The notes below the pieces were generated by a model. The model was not told where the DNA came from and ran no database searches. It saw only the letters and a program-made list of their open reading frames with translations. Source: Lama guanicoe (taxonomy: Eukaryota). Taken from it: a stretch of DNA of 64,000 nucleotides. Shown one piece after another: positions 38,642-52,300 of this stretch; the first letter of the stretch is position 1; each line of letters opens with the position of its first letter. The position numbers and the translations under genes are program-made. The stretch covers positions 15,156,851 through 15,220,850 of the forward strand of contig MU056000.1 of the NCBI GenBank assembly GCA_013239625.1. Direction: 5' to 3'.

Positions 38642-40929
38642 TGGGATATAATATTACATTCAAGAAAAAATGCTCAGTTGACCAAATAAATGCTAGTAGC
38701 TAAACCAGGATTTCTTTTTGCTCTTAATATACTTTTCTTGACTGAATAATTAAAGAATCAAATTATTGTTAGCTGCTTCATTACACGCTTACAGAGACAC
38801 AAACATAAATACACACTCCACAAATGAAAGTATGTGGTTTTGTAAAGAGAAACACTCCAAAATGTTACTTGTTTCCACGATACTGATTATGTCAGCTGGT
38901 TCCCCATTTAGCATAATATAACATCAAGCTATGCATGTAGCATTTCCATCAGGATTTACATTCAATGAGAATCTGTTTTTGTTCGCTCTTCTACATCCGT
39001 ATCATTTAAATGAGCACCTGGAATCTAGCATGTGCTCAAAAAAATCTGTTAATTGCATAGTAAGTAGATTTTGAAGTAACAAGTGTTGTCTAGTGTATGT
39101 AGCACAATCACAACTCTGCAGAAGTTTGCCTGAGCTCACATCATTTTGTATTCTTACCAGTGTAACTTCCCCAAATATAATCATATAACTTATTTTTAAA
39201 GCAAAACTGAATTTATGAAAATTTACTCATTCAAGGAAGTATGACACCTTGTCAGTTTCTTAGCAGAGTCTCAATAGAGAGGACTCAGAGCAGGGTTTTC
39301 CTTGTTGTGGAGCATGGACCCAAGTGAGTGAAGTGAGGCTCCCAAGTTGAGTAACATTGAAACAGTAAAAAATCAACAAGAAGAGGGTCTTGAAGCAACT
39401 TTTGATGAGTTATACTATTGTTGAAAATATAAGACATTTACGCAGTTGAGCATGGTGTCTCAGACAAATTGTTCTTCAGTAACTTCCTGAGGCAAACAGT
39501 AAATTTACTTGATTTTTAATGCTCTTTTCTTTCCCAGGCAAAAGCTTACAAGAGAGAGGGAAAAAATTGCTATATTGAGATAAGTTGTTTTCATCTCATA
39601 TCCTTCCTTGTTGTCCTTCTTCAGCCTGAGCTGGAGGAGAGACCATTATTATTTGGGGACATGATCAATCCAGATGTACACTGTGGTTGGAGAGTCACAG
39701 TAATATATCAGATTTCTTTTGGGAGTGATTTAGACCACTGCACAGTCAGGTTTTTCCCATTCTTTTGTTTGGATGACCGTCTATTATATCATTTGATGGT
39801 TCAACATCTAGACAAAAGAATGTAAAACTGGAAATCACATATTTGAACAATATTACAGACAAATACTAAAAGAAGAATTCTTTTAGTAGTTCACTTCTTT
39901 TTTTGGGTGCGCCTATAAAATTTTTCTTTTACTACATAAAAATCAGATAGTTCAAATTAATAAAAGTAAAACTCCACAATACTGTTAGACTGACAGTGTG
40001 TATAGCCAGCTCACAGCACTTTGGGAACTTCATTGCCTAATAAGCAGATAAGCTTAATAAATCAAAGTAAACTGTTTAACAGTAGACAGGATAAGTACAA
40101 TGATCTACCTGATACCATCTCCAAGGAAACTTTTAGAAGCCACAACCAGCGATTCAGTTCCCTTAACGAGAGGATTATGAGTGGATGGAAGCAAGCCCTT
40201 GAGATGTCTTTCCTTTAGCCACAGAATGCCATTGCCACCCCAAATCCAACCCTACCTCACATAAGTGGAAACTGAGTCTCATGGAGTGGAAATGACTTGG
40301 ATGAATGTCCTGACACTGAGTCCAAGGCTTGCCCCACTTTTGCAGACTGCACTTCACCCTTTTCCTTGTAACCATTTGGGGAAAATGAATCAATATTGAT
40401 TTCAAAGCCCTTCAGAAAACATAAGCACACACCTACTCTAGAAGGGGAAGCATTTCTTCATCACAATTTCTTCTTGCTGCTGTTTAGACTGGCTTCCTCT
40501 CCCTGAGTCTTAAGGGGTATCTAGAAATGATAAAAAAAATTATTCAAATTAATGCTTCAAAAATAGGCAAAGTATCAAATGAATGAGGCCACAGATACTC
40601 TCGGGTTATCATGCCTTATTATTTCAGGCTGGGACAACTGCAGAGAATCTAGTTTCCCTTGTTCAGGGAGCTTCCTCTGCAGCCTAACCTACAAAGCCTG
40701 AGCCCAACAGCCAGATGCAGGGGAAGTTCGGCTGGTCCCCAGCTGAGGTGCCGGAGATTCCCTGAATCTTACCTGGTGGGAGCTGCAGGTCCCCATGGCC
40801 CCACTAGTGTGGGGATGCTGGGGCTGGCCCCTGCAGTCCATTTCTAAAGGAGCCAAGAGAGCCCATGGTAAGCCAAAAAGCAAATCCTCCTTTCAATCTG
40901 ACAAGCCCACAGAACCAGAGATGAAGTTT

Positions 40930-41460
40930 GGGTTGGACATCTGTTGCTGCATAAGAAATGAGCTCGCAAACATAATGGCTTAAAACAAAAATAAACATTT
41001 GTTATATCCTCAGTATTTGGTGAAGGGGAAGTCATCATGTCAGGAGTAGCTTATTAAGACTGGTTGTTTTGGCTAAGGATCTTTCAAGAGTTTATGTTTT
41101 GTTCGTTGACTGGTCATCTGAAGACTTGGCCAAGGCTGGGGCATCCATTTCCAGGCTGGCTGGTGATTTGGTTTTGGCCGTTGATAGACAGCTTCAGTTC
41201 CTCCCCGCAAGTATCTCTCCATAAGGTTAGTTCAAGGTCCTCACAAAATGATGGCTGGCTTCCCTAGAAGGAATGACTCAAGAGGCCAAAATGGAAGCTA
41301 CCATGCTATTTTGGCCTAGGTTCACAAGTCACAGGCTGTCACCTCCACCATACCCAATATGACACCGAGATCAGTTCTAGGTCAGTGTGGTAAGTGCCTA
41401 TACAAGGGCATGAATACCAGGAGGGGAGGCTGATTGGAGACCTGCTTGGTTGGCAACCAT
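40930..41460 (-). mobile_element. MaLR LTR (MLT1F-like)
   Basis: TGGCTTAAAACAA, GTCATCTGAAGACTTG, ATGGCTGGCTTCCC, ACAAGGGCATGAATACCAGGAGG. Confidence 0.78.
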
Positions 41461-42529
41461 GAAAAGATTCACTAAATTATGTAATTATGTAAATTATAAT
41501 TTATAATTTTTCTTGTGTCCTCTTGAAATTAATGATCTCATAAAATTCTATAGATATTTGGTGTTCTTCTCCTAAAGCAGCCATTGTATCATTTGGAAAC
41601 ACCAGTATTAGCTCTTGGGCTTCTCTGTTTTAAACCATTATCTGCCCATTGTCATTAACTTCTTGGCTGAGGACTTCCTTGGCTTTACTGACATTTTATG
41701 ACTTAGCTATAATCCCTGAATCATAGTATGTAAGAACTCCTCAATTTCCATGTCTTGTGTAAAGTGTGATATCAAGAGCCTGGGTGATAGAGGAAAACTT
41801 TACAGAAATCCTCTTTAGTGGTGAGGATTTCAAAGATTTCAAATCTTGATTAGAGGCTCAATTTTTCTCCTTTGGAAAAAAAGAAGTTATTTAGTAAAAA
41901 TGTTTTTGGTGTTTTTAGTTACGTTTTTTGTTTTCTGTTTTTGAGAGATATATTTTTATCAACATATTAAATAAAGCAATTCACGTATCACATTGAATTT
42001 GACACCTTAATAAATTGTAACAATTTCTGTAAGAATAAGCCATATTGTTTACCTTGGAGGCATATTCACATCTCTCTGTAATTATATCAAGTATAGTCTC
42101 CGTCACTTATTTGCACACTGTAGTAAAAATATCTATTTTTTTTTGCAGAAAAAACACTTAGGTACTTAATAGATATAAACATAATAATGAGAGAAGGGAT
42201 AGCAATGGCAGCTTCAATGTAATCCTGCAATTGAGTTGCAATTATTTTTTACAGATTTTGTATTTTTGTAATTTACAGAAACAAAAGCATTATTTTTATA
42301 GATAAAAAGACTCAGCACCAATTATAAACCAATGTTATCTTAATTTAAAAACATTTTTAAAAGGACTGAGGACCAGGAAGATGAAGTAATTTATAGAGTT
42401 ATGATGTAGTTATTAAACACAAGAGCTTGGAAGTGTAGCAGTTTTGTCTAATTCAAAATATTTCTTTTCCACTATATTACACCACTTTTGATTTAAAAGA
42501 CTGAACTAAATGTATGCATATGTAGACAG

Positions 42530-43030
42530 AAGGGAAAACAGAGAAATGATGGATGACTCCCAGATTTCTGAGCTGTAGAAAGAGTAATGCTATGGTATGC
42601 TAAGTCAACAACAGAAAAGGGTGCTAAGGGAAAGAACAAGTTAGTTCCAGTACTGAGAGGCACTGAGTATCTGCTTCGGACCTGGTGAGTTTAAGATGCT
42701 ATGAAACTTCAAACTCTTGTCACTTACGCAGTGGTATATACAACTCTACAACTCACAGGACATAGAAGCAATGCTGGAATTTGTCAGCATAAACACAGTC
42801 TATAATTCCATGTGCAGAAACAATATGAGATGGAAAGAGATATGGTTGAAGGAAATTTTAATACCAAATGTGGGGGTTCTCTTAGAATTCAAAGTTTAGG
42901 AAATGAGCAAAAGAGGACTGAGGTGAGTTGTGATTGATCAAGAGTGAGTGTGGTCGCACTGAAGGCGCAGAGGGTTTATTTTTAAGTTTGAAGCCAGTGG
43001 TGGTTAAATGCTGCCCGGGAAATACTGTGA
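42530..43030 (-). mobile_element. L2 remnant
   Basis: GGATGACTCCCAGATTTCTG...TGAGTTTAAGATGC...GGAATTTGTCAGCATA...GTTAAATGCTGC. Confidence 0.55.
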
Positions 43031-43269
43031 TGAATACTGAACAATGGACTAGATAGAACATGTATGTCAGAAAATGTAAAGAAAAATTAATCTATTAACA
43101 ATACACATTATAAACAAAGGAAAAACGAATGAATTGTTCAGAAATTGGACCTGAAGATAAAAAAGATAAAATAAGCTTCATGTCATACCGTATACTAAAT
43201 TAATTCCAGACGAATCAAAAGCTTGCATATAGACATTTTTAATCATTAAAACAGTAAAAGTTCATTTGC

Positions 43270-43490
43270 TCTAACGCACTTTTTAGATTATTTTACATAT
43301 AGTAACTCATTTAACATGACTGTTCTAATTTTCTTAGATTACTGAAATATCTTAGTCATTCTTCCACAAAACTGAGGCAGTAAGAGAATATGAAATTTTC
43401 TCAATGCCACAAAGCTATTTAGTGATGAATTAGGAATTTGAAATCAGGTTAATTTGGCTTCAAAATGTTTACTTTAGCCTTTATGGTACA
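43270..43490 (-). mobile_element. MIR remnant
   Basis: AACTCATTTAA...AAAACTGAGGCAG...CCACAAAGCTATTTAGTGATG...GGAATTTGAAATCAGG. Confidence 0.6.
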
Positions 43491-46439
43491 CAACACATTG
43501 AACCACAAAGGGTAAAATGCACAAGTTAATTGTAAGAGTGGAATCAACCTCATTAATATTTAAAGAAAAATGCAGTGTAAGTTATGATATACCTTTTTAC
43601 AAATTTAATGGAAATTAAAAAAAATCTTTAAAAGTATTTCTAGCCAACTTGCAGTGAAAAGGATCCATTCTCATATTATGTCCTAAGAAAGTACATGGGA
43701 TAGAAAAAAAAATTGGAAAATTCTTTTGAATTAAATTAATGAGAAAAATTTTAAACTTGTAGTTTTTGACTAAATATTTTGTCCCAGTTGAAGTTTATGT
43801 ATAAAAGTGGCTCACTACACATACTTTTAAGGGAAAAAAATAAAATTATTAAGTTTATGTGCACTCTGAATCCTTCATTTTACAAAATTGCATATAAATT
43901 CACATACCTAGAATCAACAGAGTAAGTCTATAATATGGTGTTAATAATTCTGTAGGATATTTTGTTTTATGTTTATAATTTTTTTCTAATTTTCTTTAAT
44001 AAACATATATGCTTTGCTCATAGACGAATCAAGTTTATTTTAAAAGAAACTTATCATTGTCTAAAACACTGAAACACTTGGGAATAATCTAAAAATTCAA
44101 AAAAATGAAACCGTTTACAATTACGCCTTTGTTGAATATTTAATGATGGGAGAAAATTCCCGTGATTAATTTTTTAAAATTTCATTTACAATACAATCTC
44201 TAGGGTATTATGTAAGTTAACTCTATTCTAAGTATTTGGGGTTAAAATTTATTTATTAGGTTTTCTTTTCCATTAATACCCAAATTCTCTCCCATTAGTG
44301 TTCTTACTTTAATAATCAGAAGAAAATCAGTATTACTAAATGGTAGGACTCAAAATTAAATATCTATGATAATGGACAATTATTTGATTCAATATGAATC
44401 AGAACTAGCACAGGAAACAGCTCTAGAACTTTGCATTCCCCTGAATATCATCTCCAGCCTTGACATTTAGAATTACAGACTGCTTTTACTCAGCCCTTGA
44501 GAAATGCTCTATTGATGGACGTGAAATCAAGGAAGCTGAGAACGAGGACCAGCTCCTTTGTGAAAGCTCCGCTCTCCTTCTAATTGCCAAGTCTTGCCAG
44601 TAATTTCAACATGAAACTATGAAAGGATTTTAAAATCCAGTGTGATTAGGTGAGAGTGAAGCACTGTCCCTTGGGATAAAAATCTAAAGAAACCATATTA
44701 TTGAAATACCAGATTTGAGACTTTCTTTTCTGAATGATTTTAGTCTTTGAAATCCGTGTGTCTGTCTATTCAGATAAACACCACACTCTTCTCTTCATGG
44801 TCCTTTAGGTGTATTTTTATCATGAAAAGCACTTCCTTGAAAGAGCCCACACTATCTGAAAGACGCCACGTGTAATGTTGACTGGCAGGCATTTAAGAAC
44901 ATCAGACAGCCAATAAATCATTCAGAACTTATGTCCTTCAATGCAATGATCAAAATTTACCCCTTCTACCTTCACCAAGTGCATTTCAATATCAAATATT
45001 TTTTCGTATTTAAACTTATACATCAACCTAAATATTTGGCCATGCAACAAAACTAATTGACTTGGCAATAATCCCTTAGAGGGTAACTATAAACTTAACC
45101 GCAATTTACATTTACAGGACTGATTTGGTTCCCAAACTCACTAACAAAGCAGTTAGTATCAAAGGCATGTTCCAGTCCTGATTTGTGTACAGAGGAACTT
45201 AATGGAACTGTGTAAACAGAAATATTTCCTTTTTTAATTCCTGGATTTATGATGTCTTGGTATTGAGGTTTTATAAGGAAATATTTTTTAAAATTATCAA
45301 GCAAACATTTTTGGTTTTATAAGAGCTAAAAGGCAAGCACTGTGATGGATACAGATGCCTTTTTAAGGCTAGATTTGCCCTGACTGCTGGGAGTAATATA
45401 AGAGGAGAGGCTTTAACCATTAGCCAGTTCAAAGATAGCCTCGGCTGTAAGAGTTGTCAGATCCAGTGTTGAGTCCTTCCTGGAGGGCATGGTATCCAAA
45501 CACTGATGGAGGCAAGGCTAAAAAAGCTTGAGTGTTTTGATTTGACTTGGGCTGAGCCTGACCGGTCCTGTCAGCTCCAGGGAAACCCATGGGTCTCACA
45601 TTTCGTCTTCCTGTCCTGCTACTACAGGTGGTGTTCCCATGGATGCTAGTTAATAAAACTGTCAAGTACCAGATTTTCTCTGAGTCTACAACACACAAGT
45701 TAAATGCAAAGGCAGCCATGCAAATTTTGTTTGGGGGAAATATTTCAAAAACTCATAAAACTAACATGTATAATTATTGGTTGTTTGGGTAGGTATTTGA
45801 GGAGAGGGAAATGATGATGGAAAATCAAAGAAAGTATAAGCTACTGCTAAATCATGAGTCTTCTCTCATATTTAGCAAATACACAAATTGCACGAACACT
45901 ATACTTCTTTCTTAGAGCCAAATATTTCAATATTATATGTTTGTGTGTGTGTGTTTACAAAAGTCGCTATAGATTTTACTGGATTTTATATGCAGAGATT
46001 CTGAAAAGAATATCTGGAATTGGGTTGAGTAGTGGAGGAATAGTATGGACATACGAAACCCATTACTTTGTCATTTCATTAGTGTTACTATGGTAACCGT
46101 CAGACATCGTCATGATCTGAAAATATATATTTACACTTGCTAACCTTTTTAAGTTATTTTTGTGAAATTAATAACTCTCCTTATTACTTTAAAACAAAGA
46201 CAGTTAGAATGATTTATTAATATGGATTTATTGTCAATAATCCACATTGACTTATTGTATCTTTGTGGTGCCATTTAAAAATTAAATCATAATAGAAGGG
46301 AATAAATGCATATTATAAGTTGCTTGCTTTGTGTTTTGGATTTCGTTAACCATAGGACTCTTTTTGCAATGAAAGGAGGTAAGACTAAGTTGTTCATCTA
46401 AACTGAACTGGAGGTGGCATTTGTCATTAATCCCTGTCT

Positions 46440-46652
46440 CTCAAACCCTTACCTTTAACTCACTTTCACGTTTATAACTAACACACTGCGTATTTATGTC
46501 TTTTGTCTTTTGTTTATCCAAAGAGAATTTAATCTCCGTGGAAGGAGATTTTCTTGTCAGTTAGTTCATTCCTGTGTATTAGGACACCCTCTACGTCTAG
46601 AACCTTCCCAGGTATATATCAGGTATTTAAATATTATTTGTTGAATGGATGG
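46440..46652 (+). mobile_element. L2a-like 3' end
   Basis: AGAATTTAATCTCCGTGGAAGGAGATTTT...GTCTAGAAC...TATTTGTTGAATGGATG. Confidence 0.65.
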
Positions 46653-48624
46653 TTCTTATTTCAAAAAGAAGTCAACATTTTAACCTTAGTGGAGGGAATC
46701 CATGCCCATATCTGGCCCTGATTATATTGTTTTTGTGACTCTAATGACAGATAAAATCATTTAAAGTAACTTTGTGTCTGAAGATTTTTTTCCTTTATAT
46801 GGAATTGAAAAATTAGGCGTTCTAACCTTTGTATTCATTTGATGTTTGACAAAGTTTTCTCATCACTTGAAAACTGCTTGTTTATGTGAGTGCTGGTGTT
46901 AACTGCATAGCATGGCGAGGTGGGAGGAAGAGATGAAAATCTGTACTCCAGCTCTCCTTCCCCGTAACATAATTTGCTATATTGATTTTCCACCCTCTAC
47001 TCCTCAAGTAAAATTTTGCAATGGGCACATGGGAAACCCTGGCTATAAGGAAGAGAATTTAGTACCCTACACTGAGACAAGAGGTGACTTCATTTTGATT
47101 TTCCATTTAGAGCTTAAAGTCTAATTAAAGAAAATGCACATATATCTAGAGATAATCATGGATAACAAACACATATAATTACCATTATCAGTGGATATTA
47201 CAACAGCTGAAGCACAAAAAGAAATGAAAAAGGATTATCAGCATTATGCAAATATGTATTCTCCTCAAGAATTCCAGTTATTGTGAAAGTATTAAAATAA
47301 TTCAACACATTCGGAACCCATACACTTTGTGATCATTTTAAAAAGTATTTAGAAATGTTTCTGTGTGCAAAACATTTTTATAACGATCTTGTTTAAATGA
47401 AAGTATTTAGACTAGTATGGTATAAAATCACATTGCAGAACACAATTATGTTTTTCTTTAGAATACACATAATAAAATGTAATTATCTGTGTTTTTTCAT
47501 AAACATGAGTTTTAGTAGTGTTACTTGATCCTGCATAATAGGGCACTTTTTTCCTGAAGGTAAATATAGTACAGTAATTCTTTCTTAACTCAGAAAGTAT
47601 AGTTACAGTCTAGGCATAAAGGGTCTGAAGGTCAGACAGCAAGTGCAGTGAAATATCTCAATTACCTAAACTTCTAGAGAGAATTTTGGAAATTCTTACT
47701 TATTATCAGTTCACATATACAGCTGATAGCTCAAGAGTGAACTCTACAAGATTGTTTGCAAAAATTTCCTCTTTTTCCCTTAAAGTCTTTCCTAAGAATA
47801 CTCCTTAGATTCTCTGCACTCCTCACCCATTCACTGCATGGAGGGAGGTATTATTTACAAGACTGCCGAGTATTCTGGAAGGAAAGTCTGGTTTTGTATG
47901 TCTCAGTCATTTCCCCTCTTTGTTTGTGGAGCGCAGTTGCTGTGGTCTGCACTCCACCCAACACAGTAGAATCAGGGACAGGCTTTCGTCCTCTGGTGTA
48001 GTCTTGCTGCTTCCTGGGAAAGTTTGTATCAGGTGATGAAAAGGAACCACCCTATTTGATCAACCTTAAAGACAGTTTTACAAGCAATGAGTGAAAGAAC
48101 ATATGTTAATCTTTATCTGTTTAATCACTGCTTTCATAATGCTGTAGATTCTAACATTGAATGGAACAGTCAATTTCTGTTAGCAACTACAAACAGTAAA
48201 TACACTATACATCAAATGCATTGTATCCTTATACTCTTACAGTAATAGTCTTTTTTTTAACTTTTTTACTGTTATTTATTGATTGATTTGCCTTTATGCT
48301 AATATCATTCATACTATCAGACTCTGACTATCTTGAAAGCATGGCTTAATGAAAACATAAATTCCTCTTTCGAGCTTAGAGTCTTAGAGAGTGACTCTCC
48401 AAGGTGAGATACTGACAGCCCTGTTGTGTGTGATTATTTAATATGTATTTGGTCACCATTAGGAGAGTTAGCCATTTTTTGCCTGCTTTGACACACAAAA
48501 CATCTACCAACAAGTTATACCTTATTTCTTCACTGATATTTTTGATTTTGCTCTTTGCCCCTGTTCACATTCCTTGTGTGTACAAGATGGCTTGAAGATT
48601 TAATTTAAAGTCATTATTATATAT

Positions 48625-49092
48625 ATCATCAGAGATTGCTGTTGACCTTCCAATATTCCAGTGTTCATGGCTCCATTCTTATTAACAGAACCCTAGTTTT
48701 CACTGAGCACAATGTCCCATTTTCTATCTTCCCTTACGTCTGTACGCAACCATATTAAGACAAATTATGTGTAACTTCTGAGATGGCTTATTAAATGCAG
48801 TCGACTCAGTAGGGAGATACGCCCTTTTTTAATCTTCCTATATATTTTGCCGCTGGCCTGGAATGCAGCTGTGATGGCTAGAAGCATGAAGTTACCTTTA
48901 AGATAGAAGCTGTGTGCTGAAGTTAGTGAAAGAAGAAAATGGTCTCAGGTTCCTGATGACAACATGAAGCTTACAAACCCACAGCAGACTGCCAGTTTGC
49001 AAACTTCTTTTATGTAAAAGAGTGAAAAACAAACCTCTGTGCTTTTAAAGCTTCTATAGTTGGAGCTCCAAATGCTATTCCTAACTGATAAA
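48625..49092 (+). mobile_element. MaLR LTR (MLT1J-like)
   Basis: TAACAGAACCC, GGCCTGGAATGCAGCTGTGATGGCTAGA, GGTTCCTGATGAC, 3' end TTCCTAACTGATA. Confidence 0.7.
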
Positions 49093-49141
49093 CATGCCGA
49101 CAAATGAAACAGGTATTAGAAATTGATTCATCAATTTTTTC

Positions 49142-49348
49142 ATTTATTTTTATTTATTGATGCCTAGTTGATTTTTACAATGTATTTCAAGTCTACAACA
49201 TAGTGATTCACAATTTTTAAAGCTTATACTCCATTTATGGTTATAAAATATTGGCTTTATTTTCTGTGCTGTACAATATATCCTTATAGCTTATTTATTT
49301 TATATATAGTTTTTACCTCTGAATCCCCTCCTCCTGCCTTGCCCCACA
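49142..49348 (-). mobile_element. Cetartiodactyl-type L1 3'UTR fragment
   Basis: ACAACATAGTGATTCACAATTTTTAAAGCTTATACTCCATTTATGGTTATAAAATATTGGC...CTGTGCTGTACAATATATCCTT. Confidence 0.8.
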
Positions 49349-52300
49349 CCATACTGATTTTCCCTGCTGATGTGAGTGGAATATTGGGTTGTGCCTGTCT
49401 TGCCAGCAGGTTTGTAAGCTATGTTCTCCTCTAGCACACCACGAAAGGAGTGAGAAAGACATTTCCTAAATTTTAAAGAGAAATAGAGATACTTAAATAG
49501 AGGGTGATATTGATCGTGGTAGGAGGTTAGTGCAACCTTCAAAAATGTTTGCTCATTGTATTTTGTGGCTTTCTCTGCCAATAGCACAGCTCTGCAGATG
49601 ATTACTTTTTACCCCTACTCTTTGAAAGTGAAAAGGCGGAACATAAAAGACAGAGTAGGAGGGAATCATTGCAGAGAACACAGTGGTGGACAGGCTTGTT
49701 GAAATCCTGAGCTTGGCCACATCACAAAAGGATGTTCAAGTTTAAAGTTGGGAAAGAATGGATATCAAGCAACTTTAAGGTTACTTCTATGCTGATTTTC
49801 AGCCAGGTCAGCATTTAGGGTGCACAAACGTCATACTCTGAATCAGTCACAGACTTGAGTGGATTCAGTGAACTTCCCCACTCAAGGCCTGTCTGTCTTT
49901 TGTGGTCTCAGCAACCATGTGCATTGATGAAACCACTGGTTCCTAGGAGCCCAGATCCCCAGGCCTGTGGCCTTTTTATAGTTTAGAAAGGGGCCTGGAG
50001 GTAGAGAGCAGGAGTATAACAACATTCAAGGATCTGCTCTGTTGCTTTATGGAAAAATTCACACTGTACCGCATCTAAATTTTTCCAAATTATATTTCTG
50101 ATGACCTTTTTGGGTTTATGTAAGTTTTTAATACAGCTGTCCTGGCCCTGGCTTACACAGATATAAGGCTGCCCATCTAATCATTGAAACTTAGCAGAAA
50201 GTTTGCTGAGATTTGAGGGGCAGTAAAGTTGGGAGTTGGACCATAAGTGTCCCTTGCTATTCTGATTCCCATCCAGACCCTCTGTGGCCAAAATTTAACC
50301 TTAACAGTGTTTGTAACTAAGTATTTGTATTTATCTATCATTCATTTTTGACAAGATGTCTCTTGAGAGATAAAATGCAGATGCAAAAGAATAACTTCTT
50401 ATAAAAATGTGTATGGCTCCAATAATAATGTTTATCTGCTTCTAAACTATAAATAATATTTTTGCTTCTAGCAAATTTTTATTTTTTATACATCAATTTG
50501 CCTGTCAGGATTCCTATAATAACTGTCAACTATCAGTGGGCTGATAATCATTTCTTAAGTTATAATGCACTTCTAATTGTTAGTAATTCTAGGATCTTTT
50601 AAATAAGAGAAACATCTGAGGATGACAGCTTTAAGGGATATGGTCCTTTGGCCAAAAAATGCAACATAAAACTTAGTGTGACATTTATTTATATATGACA
50701 TTTTTATATCAAAAGAGATTTTAAAAAAGGTGTGCTATACTGGTTGTACATTATTCTATGCTGCATTTTACAGTTGCTTTTCATGTTTATTAAAAAATGT
50801 GCCACTTCAAAAAGTCATGAAAATGATTTATTTAAAAATGATATTAATACAAAATCAGTAACATAGTTCAACATATTTTAAATGGTTATATACATACACA
50901 TGCAAATATTCTAAACATTTTTCTGTGATATAATTTTAATTTAGTAAGATTTAAAATTTGCAATTGCAATGAGATTTTAAAATGACTCGGTGATTTTAAC
51001 CATAGTTTTCTCCTGTAAATGTATTTGTTAAGGTTTTAACTCCATTAACTTTATATTTATATAGTTAGCTTAAGTAGGCAAATTTTAATACAACTCATGA
51101 TTTTACTGGCTTTCCATTGATCATATCTATTTTTAAAATTACCTTTTTCAATGATTTGCATTTTAATTACTTTTGAATCAAAGTTTTAATTGTACGTGGT
51201 TGATTTTAAGCTTTAAATAATTATATACAATTTATTAAAAAAATTAAACCTTAACATAGCTGTATCAGTCAACCTTCTACATTATATTAGGAATGTGGTT
51301 TGATTCTAATAGAGACAATGAATCTTTCAGGTCTTGAATAATATTCTGTTATGTAACTGCCTTCTGATTCACTCCAGATACTTCTCCCTGAGAAAGGTTG
51401 ACTAATCTCTCCTTTATGATGTGGCTCAAATGCAGCATACAGACCTCAGTGATAATATGTCATATGATGCTTACAGTCAGTAATTTATTTTTCATATTTT
51501 TAATCTCAGTACTTTATATGGTAGTTGGAATGCAGATAAATCTCAATAAACATTTATGCAATAACCAAATGCAACATTAAAAAACACTTAAAGTGAAGAT
51601 ATTTATTCACTTTGATTGATTTTTGGATATATTTAATATATAAAATTACTCTGCATATAAACAATACCAAACCTAAAAAGAAAATTTTAAAAATCTGAAA
51701 GGATTGATATATTTGATTTTAAACATAAGTAATATTGACAGAGTACAATGATAATTATACATTCAAAGTGTCTTATTTGGTTCTTAAATTGATTGTTTCA
51801 AAAAACTGATGAAAGAAGGCTGTGCAGCAAGCCTGGGGTACAGATGCGCACATTTCAAAGCATAGCACACATTGTCGTGAATCCCTACCTAAGTGTGGCA
51901 ACAATATTTTTAACTGGAGATGCCATAGGCCTTCAAAACACTTGAAAATAAGTGCCTACTCAGGATAAAGACAAATTGTTCACTCCTGCTTCTACTACTA
52001 CTTTTTTCCTTGGGCAGTAAATCCTCTAAGTACAGGCAGCAGCCTCGTTACATAAATAAAATAGGAGAGTGAATGTCCTTGTTCAGGCCAAAGTTCTGCC
52101 CAGGCAATGACAGTGACGTGCAGAGGAGGCAAAGTAGTTGTGCAAGAACTTGATCTGTTGGCGCTACTTTTGATCCAACCAGTGAGAAACGTTACACTGT
52201 ATATCAAGAAGCTGTTTTCTTTCCTTCTCTCTTATCTATCATCTATCTGTCTATCAACTTGATTTAAATACTTCCTTCATCATCTCAAGTTTTGTCTGCT

